Part shown: piece by piece, positions 20,553 to 29,902 of the stretch
How the letters are laid out: the number at the start of each line of letters is the position of its first letter
How positions within the stretch are numbered: the first letter of the stretch is position 1
Source of the DNA: Vicinamibacteria bacterium
GTDB taxonomy: Bacteria > Acidobacteriota > Vicinamibacteria > Marinacidobacterales > Marinacidobacteraceae
Direction: 5' to 3'
DNA length: 64,000 nt
Assembly (NCBI GenBank): GCA_963668695.2
Contig: CAXXLQ010000004.1
Coordinates: forward strand, 1,760,001-1,824,000
Notes under the pieces: model-generated
What the model was told of the DNA's origin: nothing
Databases searched by the model: none
The model's input: only the letters and a program-made list of their open reading frames with translations
Translations under genes and position numbers: made by a program

Positions 20553-20823
20553 GCAGCCTGTGGATAAAGTGGCGTGAGCGCCGAGAGCGGCCAGTCTCCC
20601 GGTGGGGGCGAGGCCCAGTTCTCCCGGTGGGGGTCCGGCTGACAAGGCGCGCGAGGGAGGAGCCCCTACCGGGAGAACTGGCCCGGGTGTATTTCGCCCG
20701 AAGCGCAACGATGAACGACGCGAAGCGGAGTGTTTCAGCCGGGGCCCCCACCGGGAGAACTGGGGATCGCCGCTCGCGCCCCCACCGGGAGAACTGGGCC
20801 GCGAGACTTTGTCCACAGGCTGC
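20553..20823 (+). mobile_element. MITE-like element, copy 2, with five 21-mer inserts
   Basis: TA|gcagcctgtggataaagt...actttgtccacaggctgc|TA, a TA duplication. Confidence 0.85.
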
Positions 20824-21983
20824 TAGGCGGACCCGCCCCCGCCGAAGGCGCGGTGCAGGAGCCCGAAGCCCAGGGCGGCGGCCATCAGCAGCGCGAGCGC
20901 CCATTTCGAGGCGATCGTCGGGTCCGGAAGCAGGCCGATGGTGCCCGCGGCGGACCGCCCCGCCTCGGACTGGGCCACCAGGCCGGGGAGCGGCCGCCCG
21001 CCCGGGGTACCGCCCGGGGTACCGCCGGGCGTACCGGCCGCGGCCGGGGGCGGCGTCCCGCCGCTGAAGAGCATCCCCACCGCTTCCCCGGCGGCGATAT
21101 CGAACTTCCGGGCCGCGTTGATCCCGGCGCTCTCGTCGGCGCCGAGGAGCTCCCACCCGGGGGACGCTCCGGCGGGGATTTCGAGGTCCATGTCGAGCGG
21201 CGAGGCGAGGAGCAGCACCTCCGGGCTCGCCCGGGGGGCGACGAGCGCCGCTTCGTGGCGCTCACCCTCGTAGGAGACGGCGTAGGAGAGGACGATTTCG
21301 GTCTCGCCCGGCTTGAAGGCGGTGCGGATGGCGTAATCGCCTTCGTCGCCCACCGCGAAGCTGCTCTGCGGGACCGGCATCCCGGTCTCGCCGGTGGAAC
21401 TGATCGTCGGGAGCTCGAGCAGCGTGCCTTCGGGGGGCAGCCGGAACCGCAGGGTCTCGTCGTCGCTGGTGAAGGTGCGGGGCGGGTCGGTGCGGTTGTC
21501 CACCACGAAGATCTGGTCCACCCGGAGCGCGTCCCGCTCGCCGGGCATCCGGCGGTAGAGCGCGCGCCAGGTGGAGAGCCGAATGTCGGTGTCGTTCCAT
21601 TCCTCGAAGGGGTCGTAGACGACGATGGCGGCCTCGGTCGTTTCGCCGGGGGTGAGCCGCACCGGGGCGTTGTAGTTGACCCCCCGGTAGCTGGCCTGGA
21701 GGAGGAAGGGGCGCATGCCGCCGGCGGGAGATCCGTCGGCGGGGGATCCCCCATCCGAAGTCTGGTCCGGCGCCTCGAGCGTCACCTGCTCGGCCGGGTT
21801 TTCGACCGAGTCCACCGGCTCCATCCCCTGGCCGAGGCGGTAGAGGGTGACGAGGTCCACGGACGCCGGCTCCTGGGTGGTGCCGTTCACGAGGGTGACC
21901 CGCACGGGCTGGGCGGCCGCGGTGAGCGGGAGCGCGAGGAGGGCGAGGGCGGCGAGGAGGGCCAGGGGGAGGAGAGGCCTCAT
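20823..21983 (-). CDS. Exported, membrane-anchored protein of the ccm cluster (unknown function)
   Basis: Signal peptide, V.NGTT..PA, C-terminal TM helix; operon position. Confidence 0.7.
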   Translation of the reverse strand: MRPLLPLALLAALALLALPLTAAAQPVRVTLVNGTTQEPASVDLVTLYRLGQGMEPVDSVENPAEQVTLEAPDQTSDGGSPADGSPAGGMRPFLLQASYRGVNYNAPVRLTPGETTEAAIVVYDPFEEWNDTDIRLSTWRALYRRMPGERDALRVDQIFVVDNRTDPPRTFTSDDETLRFRLPPEGTLLELPTISSTGETGMPVPQSSFAVGDEGDYAIRTAFKPGETEIVLSYAVSYEGERHEAALVAPRASPEVLLLASPLDMDLEIPAGASPGWELLGADESAGINAARKFDIAAGEAVGMLFSGGTPPPAAAGTPGGTPGGTPGGRPLPGLVAQSEAGRSAAGTIGLLPDPTIASKWALALLMAAALGFGLLHRAFGGGGSA

Positions 21984-22369
21984 TTCTTCGTCCGTCCCGG
22001 CTTGGGTTTCGGCCGCCTGCGCGGAGTGGCGTCGGGAGTTACGTCCCCCTGCGGGGGCGATGCTGGCCGGTTCTCCCGGTGGGGGCCTGAAGACCGGCGC
22101 TCCAGTACGTCCAGTTGGGCAGTCACTTCCGCGGCTTGAACCAGCACCGCCGCCCGGCTGGCGGCGTGCTCCGCGGGCGCGATCTTCCCGGCGTCCTTCT
22201 CGAAGTCGAGTTCCGCCAGGGTGAGCAGGAGCTGGTCCCGCTTCTCCCGGAGCCGCAGCACGGTGCGGTCGGTCTCCTGGCGCGGGGCCGTCTCCGGCCC
22301 GGAGAAGACCGGCTGCAGCACGAAGGCGGTGGCGGCGGCCGCCAGCACCGCGAGCAGGACCAATGTCAC
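21980..22369 (-). CDS. CcmI-N-like small membrane protein; C-terminus contains a REP+21-mer
   Basis: N-terminal TM helix, LAELDFEKDAGKI motif. Confidence 0.65.
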   Translation of the reverse strand: MTLVLLAVLAAAATAFVLQPVFSGPETAPRQETDRTVLRLREKRDQLLLTLAELDFEKDAGKIAPAEHAASRAAVLVQAAEVTAQLDVLERRSSGPHRENRPASPPQGDVTPDATPRRRPKPKPGRTKK

Positions 22370-22387
22370 CCGGAGGTCACGCGGTTA

Positions 22388-22676
22388 GCAGCCTGTGGAC
22401 AGAGTCGCGTGAGCGCCGAGGCGGGCGAGGCGCCCGGCTGAGAAGGCGCGCGAGGGAGGAGCCCCCACCGGGAGAACTGGCCCGGGTGGTTTTCGACCGA
22501 AGCGCAACGATGAGCGCCGCAATGCGGCGCGGTTCAGCCGGGATGCATCGCCCGCCGTTTCCGGAGCGGGGCGTCAGCACCGCGGAGACCCCGGAGCGGA
22601 AGGGACGGGGGGCGGGGCTACCCGACCCCCATCCCTTCTGGCTCGGGAACTCCGCGTGACTCTGTTCACAGGTTGT
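22388..22676 (+). mobile_element. MITE-like element, copy 3, with an extra ~90-bp internal segment
   Basis: TA|gcagcctgtggacagagtc...gactctgttcacaggttgt|TA. Confidence 0.82.
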
Positions 22677-22680
22677 TAGG

Positions 22681-23223
22681 TCAGCGAATCCGGTCCACGT
22701 CGCGTTCGATGCGGGCGAGCACCTCGGGCGAAACCCCGACGGTGGCGGCAGCGGGCGCCGGAGCGTTCTGCCGCCAGCGGCGCAGCACGGTGACCGCGAA
22801 CACCCCGCCCCCGAGCAGGAAGACCCCCGGGAGGATCCAGACCGAGAGGTGGAAGCCGGTGGCCGGCGGCGCCGCGAGGATGACCAGGCCGTAGCGCTCG
22901 GCGAACATGTCGATGAGGTCGTCGGCGTCCTCTCCCGCCTGGAGCCGCTCGGCGATCTCCTCGCGGAGGGGGTTCGAGGAGGGGCAGCGGTCCATGGCGC
23001 ACTCGCTGATCAGCGCGTTGCAGCCGCCGCACTGGCAGGTGAGCGCGTGCGCCACCCGCTGGTAGTCGGCCGAGTTGTAGCGGTCCTGACCGGCCAGCGA
23101 ATGAGCCAAGGGGCCGGCGAGCAGCGCGGTGGCGGCGGCGGCGGCGAGCAGCGTTCGGGCGAGTCGCATCAGATTCATCGGATCAGGCTTCATCGGGTTT
23201 GGCTTCATCGGATCAGGCTTCAT
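22681..23223 (-). CDS. ccmH: Cytochrome c biogenesis protein CcmH
   Basis: LTCQCGGC motif, RYG.VILAAPP, WILP TM helix; several possible ATGs within the repeat. Confidence 0.85.
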   Translation of the reverse strand: MKPDPMKPNPMKPDPMNLMRLARTLLAAAAATALLAGPLAHSLAGQDRYNSADYQRVAHALTCQCGGCNALISECAMDRCPSSNPLREEIAERLQAGEDADDLIDMFAERYGLVILAAPPATGFHLSVWILPGVFLLGGGVFAVTVLRRWRQNAPAPAAATVGVSPEVLARIERDVDRIR

Positions 23224-23230
23224 TGGATCA
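23170..23230. repeat. 15-bp tandem repeat at the ccmF/ccmH junction (MKPDP/MKPNP)
   Basis: ttcatcggatcaggc-type units x3-4. Confidence 0.75.
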
Positions 23231-25240
23231 GACGGCCTCCAGGGCGGCCCCCTGCGGGGCGGCGGAGGTGGCGGCTGCCCGGCGGGTGGGCGAGCGGTTC
23301 GGGATCAGGGTGAGCACGGTGCCGAGGAACATCACGAACCCGCCGAGCCACACCCAGCGGACCAGCGGGTTCCGGTACACATGGACGGTAGCCCGCCCGT
23401 CCTCGATCATGCCGGAGAAGACGAGGTAGATGTCCTCCTGGAAGGTGGCGTGGCGGCGCACCTCGGAGGTGGCCTGGCCGGTGGCCTTGTCGAACTGGCG
23501 GCGCGGCTGGAAGATGCCGACCGGCTCGTCGTGCTTCGAGAGCAGGAGCTGCGCCCCGAGCCAGTCATAGACCGGGGTCGAGCCGCTGGGGAGGTCCTGG
23601 AGGGTGACCGACCAGGGACCGATGCGGGTGCTCTCGCCGCGGTTGAGGTCGGCGATGACGTCCTTGTTGAACGCGTTTCCGGCGAAGCCGATGAAGAGCA
23701 GCACGATCCCGATGTGGACGATGTAACCCCCGTAGCGGCGGGTGTTCCGCTGCACGAGGTCCACCAGCGCGGTCGGGTAGCTGCCGCCGCGGTGGGCCCG
23801 CCGGGCGCGGACGCCCCGGTGGAACTCGTATCCGATCGTCACGAAGACGAAGGCCCCCATCGCGAAGCAGAGGATCGCGTAGGGGTGGCGCATGCCGAGG
23901 AGCACCAGCAGCACGCCGGTCCCGATGCCGGCGATGGTGGGCAACGTGAAGTTCCGGCGCAGGCTGTCCATTGAGGAGCGGCGCCAGGCGAGGAGCGGCC
24001 CCACGCCGGTCATCAGCAGGAGCCCGAGGCCGAGCGGGACGTTCACCCGGTTGAAGAAGGGCGCGCCGACGGTGATCTGCTCGCCCTGCACCGCCTCGGA
24101 GAGGACCGGAAACAGCGTGCCCCAGAGCACCGCGAAGCAGGCGGCGAGCAGCAGCAGGTTGTTGAACAGGAAGCCCGCCTCGCGGGAGACCACCGCTTCG
24201 AGTTCGTTCTCGGAGCGGAGATCCTTGACCCGCGTGATCAGCAGCGCTGCGGAGAGGACGGTGGCGGCGATGATGAAGACCAGGAAGCGCCAGGCGAACT
24301 CGGAGGACGCGAAGGCGTGCACCGAGGAGACGATCCCGCTCCGGGTGAGGAAGGTGCCGAAGACGCAGAGCAGGTAGGTCGTCATCACCAATCCGGCGTT
24401 CCAGATCTTTAGCATCCCCTTCCGTTCCTGGATCATCGCGGAGTGCAGGAAGGCGGTGCCGGTGAGCCAGGGCATGAGCGCGGCGTTTTCGACCGGGTCC
24501 CAGCCCCAGTAGCCGCCCCAGCCGAGCTCCACGTAGGCCCAGCGGCCGCCGAGCAGGATGCCGCTGCCGAGGAAGAACCACGCGATGAGCGTCCAGCGCC
24601 GGGTGCTCGCGATCCAGGCGGCGTCGAGCCGCCGGGTCCACAGCGCCGCCACGCAGAACGCGAACGGGATCACGAAGCCCACGTAGCCGGTGTAGAGGAT
24701 CGGCGGGTGGATCGCCATGATCGGGTGCTGGAGCAGCGGGTTCAGCCCGTTCCCGTCGCCGGGGGTGAAGGGGATGGGCCCGGCGGCGGTGATCTCGGCG
24801 AGCTGCCCGAACGGGTTGCACACCCAGTAGTTCATGTAGGCGAAGAACAGGATCACCCCGGCGAGGGTGGTGACCACCTGCGGGATGAGCTCGTCGTCCT
24901 TCCGGCGGATCACGCACGCCGCCGCGAAGACCAACATCAGGAAGGTCCAAAAGACCAGCGACCCGTCGTTCCCGGCCCAGAGCGCCGAGACCTTGTAGTA
25001 CCAGGGGAGCGCCGCCGCCGAGTAGCTCGCGACGTACTGGAAGCGGAAGTCGTCCGCGAGGAAGAGCGCGAGGAGCGCGGCGATCGAGAGCGCCGAGAAG
25101 CCGAAAGCGGCGACGATGGCCCGCCGGGCGCTCGTGACGAGCTGGGCGGAGCGCTTCTTCGCCCCGATCAGCGAGGCGGCGATGGCGTAGACGCACATCA
25201 CGACCACGCCCATCAGCGCGAAGTTGCCGAGGTGATGCAC
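23228..25240 (-). CDS. ccmF: Heme lyase CcmF
   Basis: GLNPLLQHP.MAIHPP, WAYVELGWGGYWGWDPVEN, SVHAFA. Confidence 0.95.
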   Translation of the reverse strand: MHHLGNFALMGVVVMCVYAIAASLIGAKKRSAQLVTSARRAIVAAFGFSALSIAALLALFLADDFRFQYVASYSAAALPWYYKVSALWAGNDGSLVFWTFLMLVFAAACVIRRKDDELIPQVVTTLAGVILFFAYMNYWVCNPFGQLAEITAAGPIPFTPGDGNGLNPLLQHPIMAIHPPILYTGYVGFVIPFAFCVAALWTRRLDAAWIASTRRWTLIAWFFLGSGILLGGRWAYVELGWGGYWGWDPVENAALMPWLTGTAFLHSAMIQERKGMLKIWNAGLVMTTYLLCVFGTFLTRSGIVSSVHAFASSEFAWRFLVFIIAATVLSAALLITRVKDLRSENELEAVVSREAGFLFNNLLLLAACFAVLWGTLFPVLSEAVQGEQITVGAPFFNRVNVPLGLGLLLMTGVGPLLAWRRSSMDSLRRNFTLPTIAGIGTGVLLVLLGMRHPYAILCFAMGAFVFVTIGYEFHRGVRARRAHRGGSYPTALVDLVQRNTRRYGGYIVHIGIVLLFIGFAGNAFNKDVIADLNRGESTRIGPWSVTLQDLPSGSTPVYDWLGAQLLLSKHDEPVGIFQPRRQFDKATGQATSEVRRHATFQEDIYLVFSGMIEDGRATVHVYRNPLVRWVWLGGFVMFLGTVLTLIPNRSPTRRAAATSAAPQGAALEAV

Positions 25241-25289
25241 TTGTTATCCCTGGCGCCGGCTCCGCCTCTAGCGGCTCACCGGGTGCGGG

Positions 25290-25748
25290 CTAGAGGCCGT
25301 CGGTCGCCTGCCGTCCCGCGGGGGTGGCGGGAGCGGGTTCGGTCTTTGTTTCTTCGTAGGCGGAGTCGTACTTGGAGGCGCACTTCGCCTGCACGTGGTT
25401 CGCCTCGAAGGAGCCGTCCGCGAGGAGGTGTCCCTCCGCGACGGCCTGCGCCCGGTCCACCAGGGTGTCCGGAAGCGGCTCCCGGCCGGTGTAGAGCACC
25501 GCGAGGGTTGCGCCCTCGTGCTCGATCTCGAACCGGACCCGGCCTTCGCCCTCGGAAGTGATCGTCCCGGGGACTACGTCGCCGGCTACCCGGACCCGCC
25601 GGCCTTCAGCCCGCGGCCCCATCGCCTGTAGTTCGCCGACGGTCTGGTAGTAGGCCTTCCCCTCTTCGAACCCGGTGATCAGGAGCCCGGTCAGCGCGGC
25701 CAGGAACAGTCCCCCACCCACGAAAAACTTGGCCTGCCGAACTGCCAT
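25290..25748 (-). CDS. ccmE: Heme chaperone CcmE (CxxxY variant)
   Basis: AKCASKY motif, N-terminal TM helix. Confidence 0.9.
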   Translation of the reverse strand: MAVRQAKFFVGGGLFLAALTGLLITGFEEGKAYYQTVGELQAMGPRAEGRRVRVAGDVVPGTITSEGEGRVRFEIEHEGATLAVLYTGREPLPDTLVDRAQAVAEGHLLADGSFEANHVQAKCASKYDSAYEETKTEPAPATPAGRQATDGL

Positions 25749-26010
25749 AACGAGAGGATGTTACCACCGGGACTGCCGGTCCACCGGATGGCCCCGCGGG
25801 CAGGGAACGCCGGTCCACTGAGGCGGCGCCGCAGGCTGGGAACGCCCGCCTTCAGACCGGCACCGCGGCCCGCAGGGCACGGCGGTGAATCGGAGCGCCG
25901 GTCTTCAGGCCCCCACCGGGAGAACTGGCCAGCATCGCGGCCAAAGACCGCGAAACTCCCATCGTCGCTCCCCGCATGGCACGGAGGTGAATCGGAACGG
26001 CCGGTCTGAA

Positions 26011-28200
26011 CCCGACTTCGCCAAAACGTGACGTTCGGTTTCCGTAAGTCGCAGACAATACGGCCATTACAAAACAGGGTGCCAGCAGACTGGCACTACG
26101 TTTGTGTGTTTGGGTCCGGCCTTCGGCGGGTGCGCCGGCGGTAGTGGTGGGGCTCGACGCCCACCGCCCGCGCGATCTGGGCCACCTGCGCCGGGGGGCG
26201 GACATCCTGCCGATTCACGATCAGCCGTCCGTTCGTCTCCCGGATCGTGGTGGTCATCCGCACCCACGGCCGTAGCCGGGTGCGGATCGAGTCCCACGAC
26301 AGGGGGATGGCGCGCGCCTTCAGCCGGGTGCGGATCAGGTGCACCGCGTGATAGGCGAGCACCGCCAGGAAGAGGTGCGCCGCGATCCGGCGGTGCTTCA
26401 CATGCCAGATCGGCCGCAGCCCCAGCTCCGTCTTGAGCGACCGGAACGTCGCCTCGATCTCCGTCAGCCGCCAGTAGGTCCGCACGATCTGCTCTGTGCC
26501 CCAGCCCGTCTGGCTTGACCGCAGCAGATACGAACCCGCCCCCGCGTCCCGCGCCCCATAGCGCTTCGTCCGGCTCCACACCACCGCCGTCGCGTTGGGT
26601 CCCGCACCCTTCTCCACCTCCACCTCATACTGCGCCGACACCTGCCGATACCGCTCCCGGAGCCGGCCCACCGTGTCCATCACCTTCTCATACTGCTTCC
26701 GGCGGTGCGGGATCGTCAGCCCCTCGTGGAGGTGCCGCAGCGCCGTCTCATACTGCTCCCGGTGCCGCCCCAGCATCGCCTCCTCGGTGGCCCGCTTCCC
26801 CTCGCTCACCGCAACCAGCCGCACCTCCCCCTCGTCCTCCTCCAGCCTCCACGCCAAAACCTCCTGCTGCGCGCTCGTCGTCAATGTGACGTCCGCCTCC
26901 CCCTCCGGCGGCGCCGGCCGCGTCTCCCGACTCACGCAGATCCAGCCGTAGCCCCGCTCCCGAAGCCAGGCGATGTTCTCCTCCGTCGCGATCCCCGCGT
27001 CCAGGATCACCGTCGGCTTCTTCCCACCGTGCCCGCCCCCGGCATCCACCTCCGCCTCGAACCGCCCCAACGCCGCCGCCAGCGTCGCCGGCTCCGACAC
27101 GTCTCCCGCCAGAACCTCGCAACCCCGCGGGAACCCCGCCCCCTCCAGCGCCAGCGCCAGCGTCACCAGCGGGTGCTTCCGCCCCTCCTTCGAGCGCCCG
27201 AACCGCAACAGCTCCTTGTCCGAACGCCCCGTATACCAAGTGTTCGTCAGATCGTAGAAAACAATCGTGTCCGGCAACTCCAACAGCTTCCGCTCCCGGC
27301 GGAACAGCCCCGCCTGCAACTCCCGCCGCAGCCGCCACAACACGTCTCCCGTCCGGTAGAGCTTCTGGAGCGACAGCGCCTTCCCCCGATCCAGGTCCAA
27401 AAGCTCCAGCGCCGCGCTGTCCTCCCGCAACCAGCGCAACGCCTCCCGTTCGCTGCTCGGATGCAGCATCTTCGCCACCACCAGCGCGGTGGCGATCCGC
27501 GCATCCCGGCCCCGCACCCCCTGCGCGTGCAGCAAGTCCCGAAAGCCCAGCTCCGCAAGCCCCGCCAGGCAGACGCGCTCCCCGCCTGCCGAACGGGAGT
27601 CCTCATGCTCCAGACTGTCGAGGTCCACCGTGGCCACCGCACCATCCCGGCCCGGCGTCTCCGCCCGCGGCGGCGCCAGCCCCTGGGTGCGCAGCCGGCG
27701 CACCAGGTCCTCGGCCGCCGCCTCGATGTCCGGGGGCACCGCCAACATCGGCCGTTGGCCCGCCAGCAGCACCTCGGTCACCAGAACCACATCCCGCCAC
27801 TGCTCCTTCGGAACCGGATAGTCCACGCCCAGGTTCAACAGAGACTCCTGGCGGACCTTGTCGCCGATTCGCACCGAGCGGGACAAGCGATAACTGTGCG
27901 CGGGTTCGCCGTGCTTGGTGTGGGTCTTGGTGGCGCGGATGTACACGGCGGGGCGGCGAGAGAGGCTGGGAGGGATGCCGGCGGATGGCAGAGCCAAAGT
28001 CAAGGCCTGAAACGCCATTTACAAAAGAACCTGGCACTACACGCCTCTCCCCCTCCTCCAAACCGCCGTCCGCCCACCGAGAGCCCGTTTTTGGCCCGTT
28101 TCGGACCTCCAATGGCCACTCTGGGCCCACTTTGGAGGCCGATTCGAACTTCCCTCAGCTCTGCATGCCGGCCCGACCCTCTAAAAGTGGCGAAGTCGGG
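26011..28200 (-). mobile_element. IS1634-family insertion sequence inserted in a REP hairpin
   Basis: TIRs CCCGACTTCGCCA / TGGCGAAGTCGGG; REP halves on both sides. Confidence 0.85.
26096..27946 (-). CDS. IS1634-family DDE transposase
   Basis: FYDLTNTWY, FGRSKE, ILDAGI, IEATFRSLKTELGLRPIWH; GTG start inferred. Confidence 0.9.
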   Translation of the reverse strand: MYIRATKTHTKHGEPAHSYRLSRSVRIGDKVRQESLLNLGVDYPVPKEQWRDVVLVTEVLLAGQRPMLAVPPDIEAAAEDLVRRLRTQGLAPPRAETPGRDGAVATVDLDSLEHEDSRSAGGERVCLAGLAELGFRDLLHAQGVRGRDARIATALVVAKMLHPSSEREALRWLREDSAALELLDLDRGKALSLQKLYRTGDVLWRLRRELQAGLFRRERKLLELPDTIVFYDLTNTWYTGRSDKELLRFGRSKEGRKHPLVTLALALEGAGFPRGCEVLAGDVSEPATLAAALGRFEAEVDAGGGHGGKKPTVILDAGIATEENIAWLRERGYGWICVSRETRPAPPEGEADVTLTTSAQQEVLAWRLEEDEGEVRLVAVSEGKRATEEAMLGRHREQYETALRHLHEGLTIPHRRKQYEKVMDTVGRLRERYRQVSAQYEVEVEKGAGPNATAVVWSRTKRYGARDAGAGSYLLRSSQTGWGTEQIVRTYWRLTEIEATFRSLKTELGLRPIWHVKHRRIAAHLFLAVLAYHAVHLIRTRLKARAIPLSWDSIRTRLRPWVRMTTTIRETNGRLIVNRQDVRPPAQVAQIARAVGVEPHHYRRRTRRRPDPNTQT

Positions 28201-28398
28201 TTCAGACCGGCGCTCCCTTTCCTGCCGGACCGCCGGACCCAAATGACGTTCCCTTCCGGGACTCCTAGCCCCGCCCGAACCCGCACCACCGGACTCCGCA
28301 GGGAACCCTCTCGATACGGGGATTGTGTAGGTGACTCAGCAGGTGGCTGGTCAGTCCGGCCGGAACTAGAACCTCTGGATCAGGTCCACCCCGGTCGG

Positions 28399-29786
28399 GA
28401 GCTATGGCCGAAAGTGGGTGACGACATGATCAGGCGGCGGCGCGGGTTTCGGTTTCGTCGGCCTGAATGCCGTCGGTGAATTTGACGCCCTGGAGGACCC
28501 GGGGCAACTTCTCGTAGCCGTTGAGGCGGCGCCAGGTCTTGCTGGCGGCAGTCACCAGCTTGAAGACCATCGCCAGCGCCGTCTGGTGGGAGAGGCAGCC
28601 CTTGCTGCGAACGGTGCGATGCCGGACCGTCGCGAACACGCTCTCGATGGGGTTGGTGGTTCGGAGGTGCTGCCAGTGCTCGGCCGGGAAGTCGTAGAAC
28701 GCGAGCAGCTCCTCCCGGTCCTTGGTCAGGCAGGGGACCGCCTTCGGATACTTGGCCTGGTATTGGGCGGCGAAGGTGTCCAACGCCTTCTCCGCCGCGG
28801 CGCGGCCGGCCGCCATCCAGATCTGGTGCAGGTCCTGCTTCGCGTTCCGCTGCCGGGCCTTCGGCAACGCGTTCAGCACGTTGGCGGTCTTGTGCACCCA
28901 GCAGCGCTGGCGGCGCGTCTTGGGGAAGCTCGCGTCCAGCGCCTTCCAGAAGCCGAGAGCCCCGTCCCCGATCGCCAGTTCCGGGCGGATCGTGAGGCCA
29001 CGCCCCTTCAGATCCTCCAGGAGTTCCCGCCAGCTCTGAGCGCTCTCCCGGAACCCCGCCTGGAACCCCAGCAGTTCCTTCCGGCCCTCCGGCGTCGCCC
29101 CGATCAACACCAAAACGCACTGCTTCTCGTCTTCCAGCCGACCCTGAAGGTAGATCCCGTCCGCCCAGACATAGACATACCGTCGGTTCGAGAGATCCCG
29201 GAGCCGCCAACGCTCGTGCTCCGCCTCCCATGCCGATTTGAGACGACCGATCACACCCGGCGACAGCCCCGACGCCCCCGGACCCACCAGCTCCGACAGC
29301 GCCTCCCCGAAGTCCCCGCTCGACACTCCCAGCAGATACAGCGTCGGCAGCGCCGCGTCCAAGGAGCGCGTCCGGCGCGCGAACCGCGGCAGGATCGTCG
29401 AGGAAAACCGGATCCGATCCTCCCCCCCGCCTCCCCGGTCCCGTACTTTCGGCCGCCGCACCGGAACCGGCCCGATCCCCGTCAGGATTTCCCGCTCCGG
29501 GCCATGCCCGTGACGCACCAGTCGCCGACGGCCGGTCTCGGTCCGATGATCGGCGGAGGCCGCCAGCAGCGCGGCCACCTCCGCTTCCACGGCGTGCCTC
29601 ACCAACTGCCGGGCCCCCGCTCGCAGAACCTCCGTCAGCGGGTCCTCAACTCCCTCTGCTGAGGGAAGGAAAACAACGGTACTCTCCGTCATGGCGTATC
29701 ACTCCTCTTTGGAGATGTGGAAGGTTGGTTACTCCCACGATACGCCACCCCCTTCTCTCGCCGTCACCCACTTTCGGTCATAGCTC
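28399..29786 (-). mobile_element. IS256-family insertion sequence
   Basis: TIRs gagctatggccgaaagtgggtgac / gtcacccactttcggtcatagctc; no target duplication visible. Confidence 0.88.
28430..29692 (-). CDS. IS256-family transposase
   Basis: YVWADGIY, IGDGALGFW, QRCWVHK, LRTTNPIES. Confidence 0.95.
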   Translation of the reverse strand: MTESTVVFLPSAEGVEDPLTEVLRAGARQLVRHAVEAEVAALLAASADHRTETGRRRLVRHGHGPEREILTGIGPVPVRRPKVRDRGGGGEDRIRFSSTILPRFARRTRSLDAALPTLYLLGVSSGDFGEALSELVGPGASGLSPGVIGRLKSAWEAEHERWRLRDLSNRRYVYVWADGIYLQGRLEDEKQCVLVLIGATPEGRKELLGFQAGFRESAQSWRELLEDLKGRGLTIRPELAIGDGALGFWKALDASFPKTRRQRCWVHKTANVLNALPKARQRNAKQDLHQIWMAAGRAAAEKALDTFAAQYQAKYPKAVPCLTKDREELLAFYDFPAEHWQHLRTTNPIESVFATVRHRTVRSKGCLSHQTALAMVFKLVTAASKTWRRLNGYEKLPRVLQGVKFTDGIQADETETRAAA

Positions 29787-29902
29787 CTCAACAATTGGGG
29801 GACACCCCAAATTGTCGATCCTTGCCGTCGTCGCTGTGGCGGCGACACTTTTTGTTTCTGCTCCAACTGCTCGAATTGACCGAAATCACGCGCCGATTCG
29901 TC

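Noticed and set aside
20590-20800. Closely spaced 21-mers resembling a CRISPR array
   Set aside because: Mixed orientation, irregular spacing, the intervening sequence is conserved element body rather than unique spacers, and no cas genes are present.
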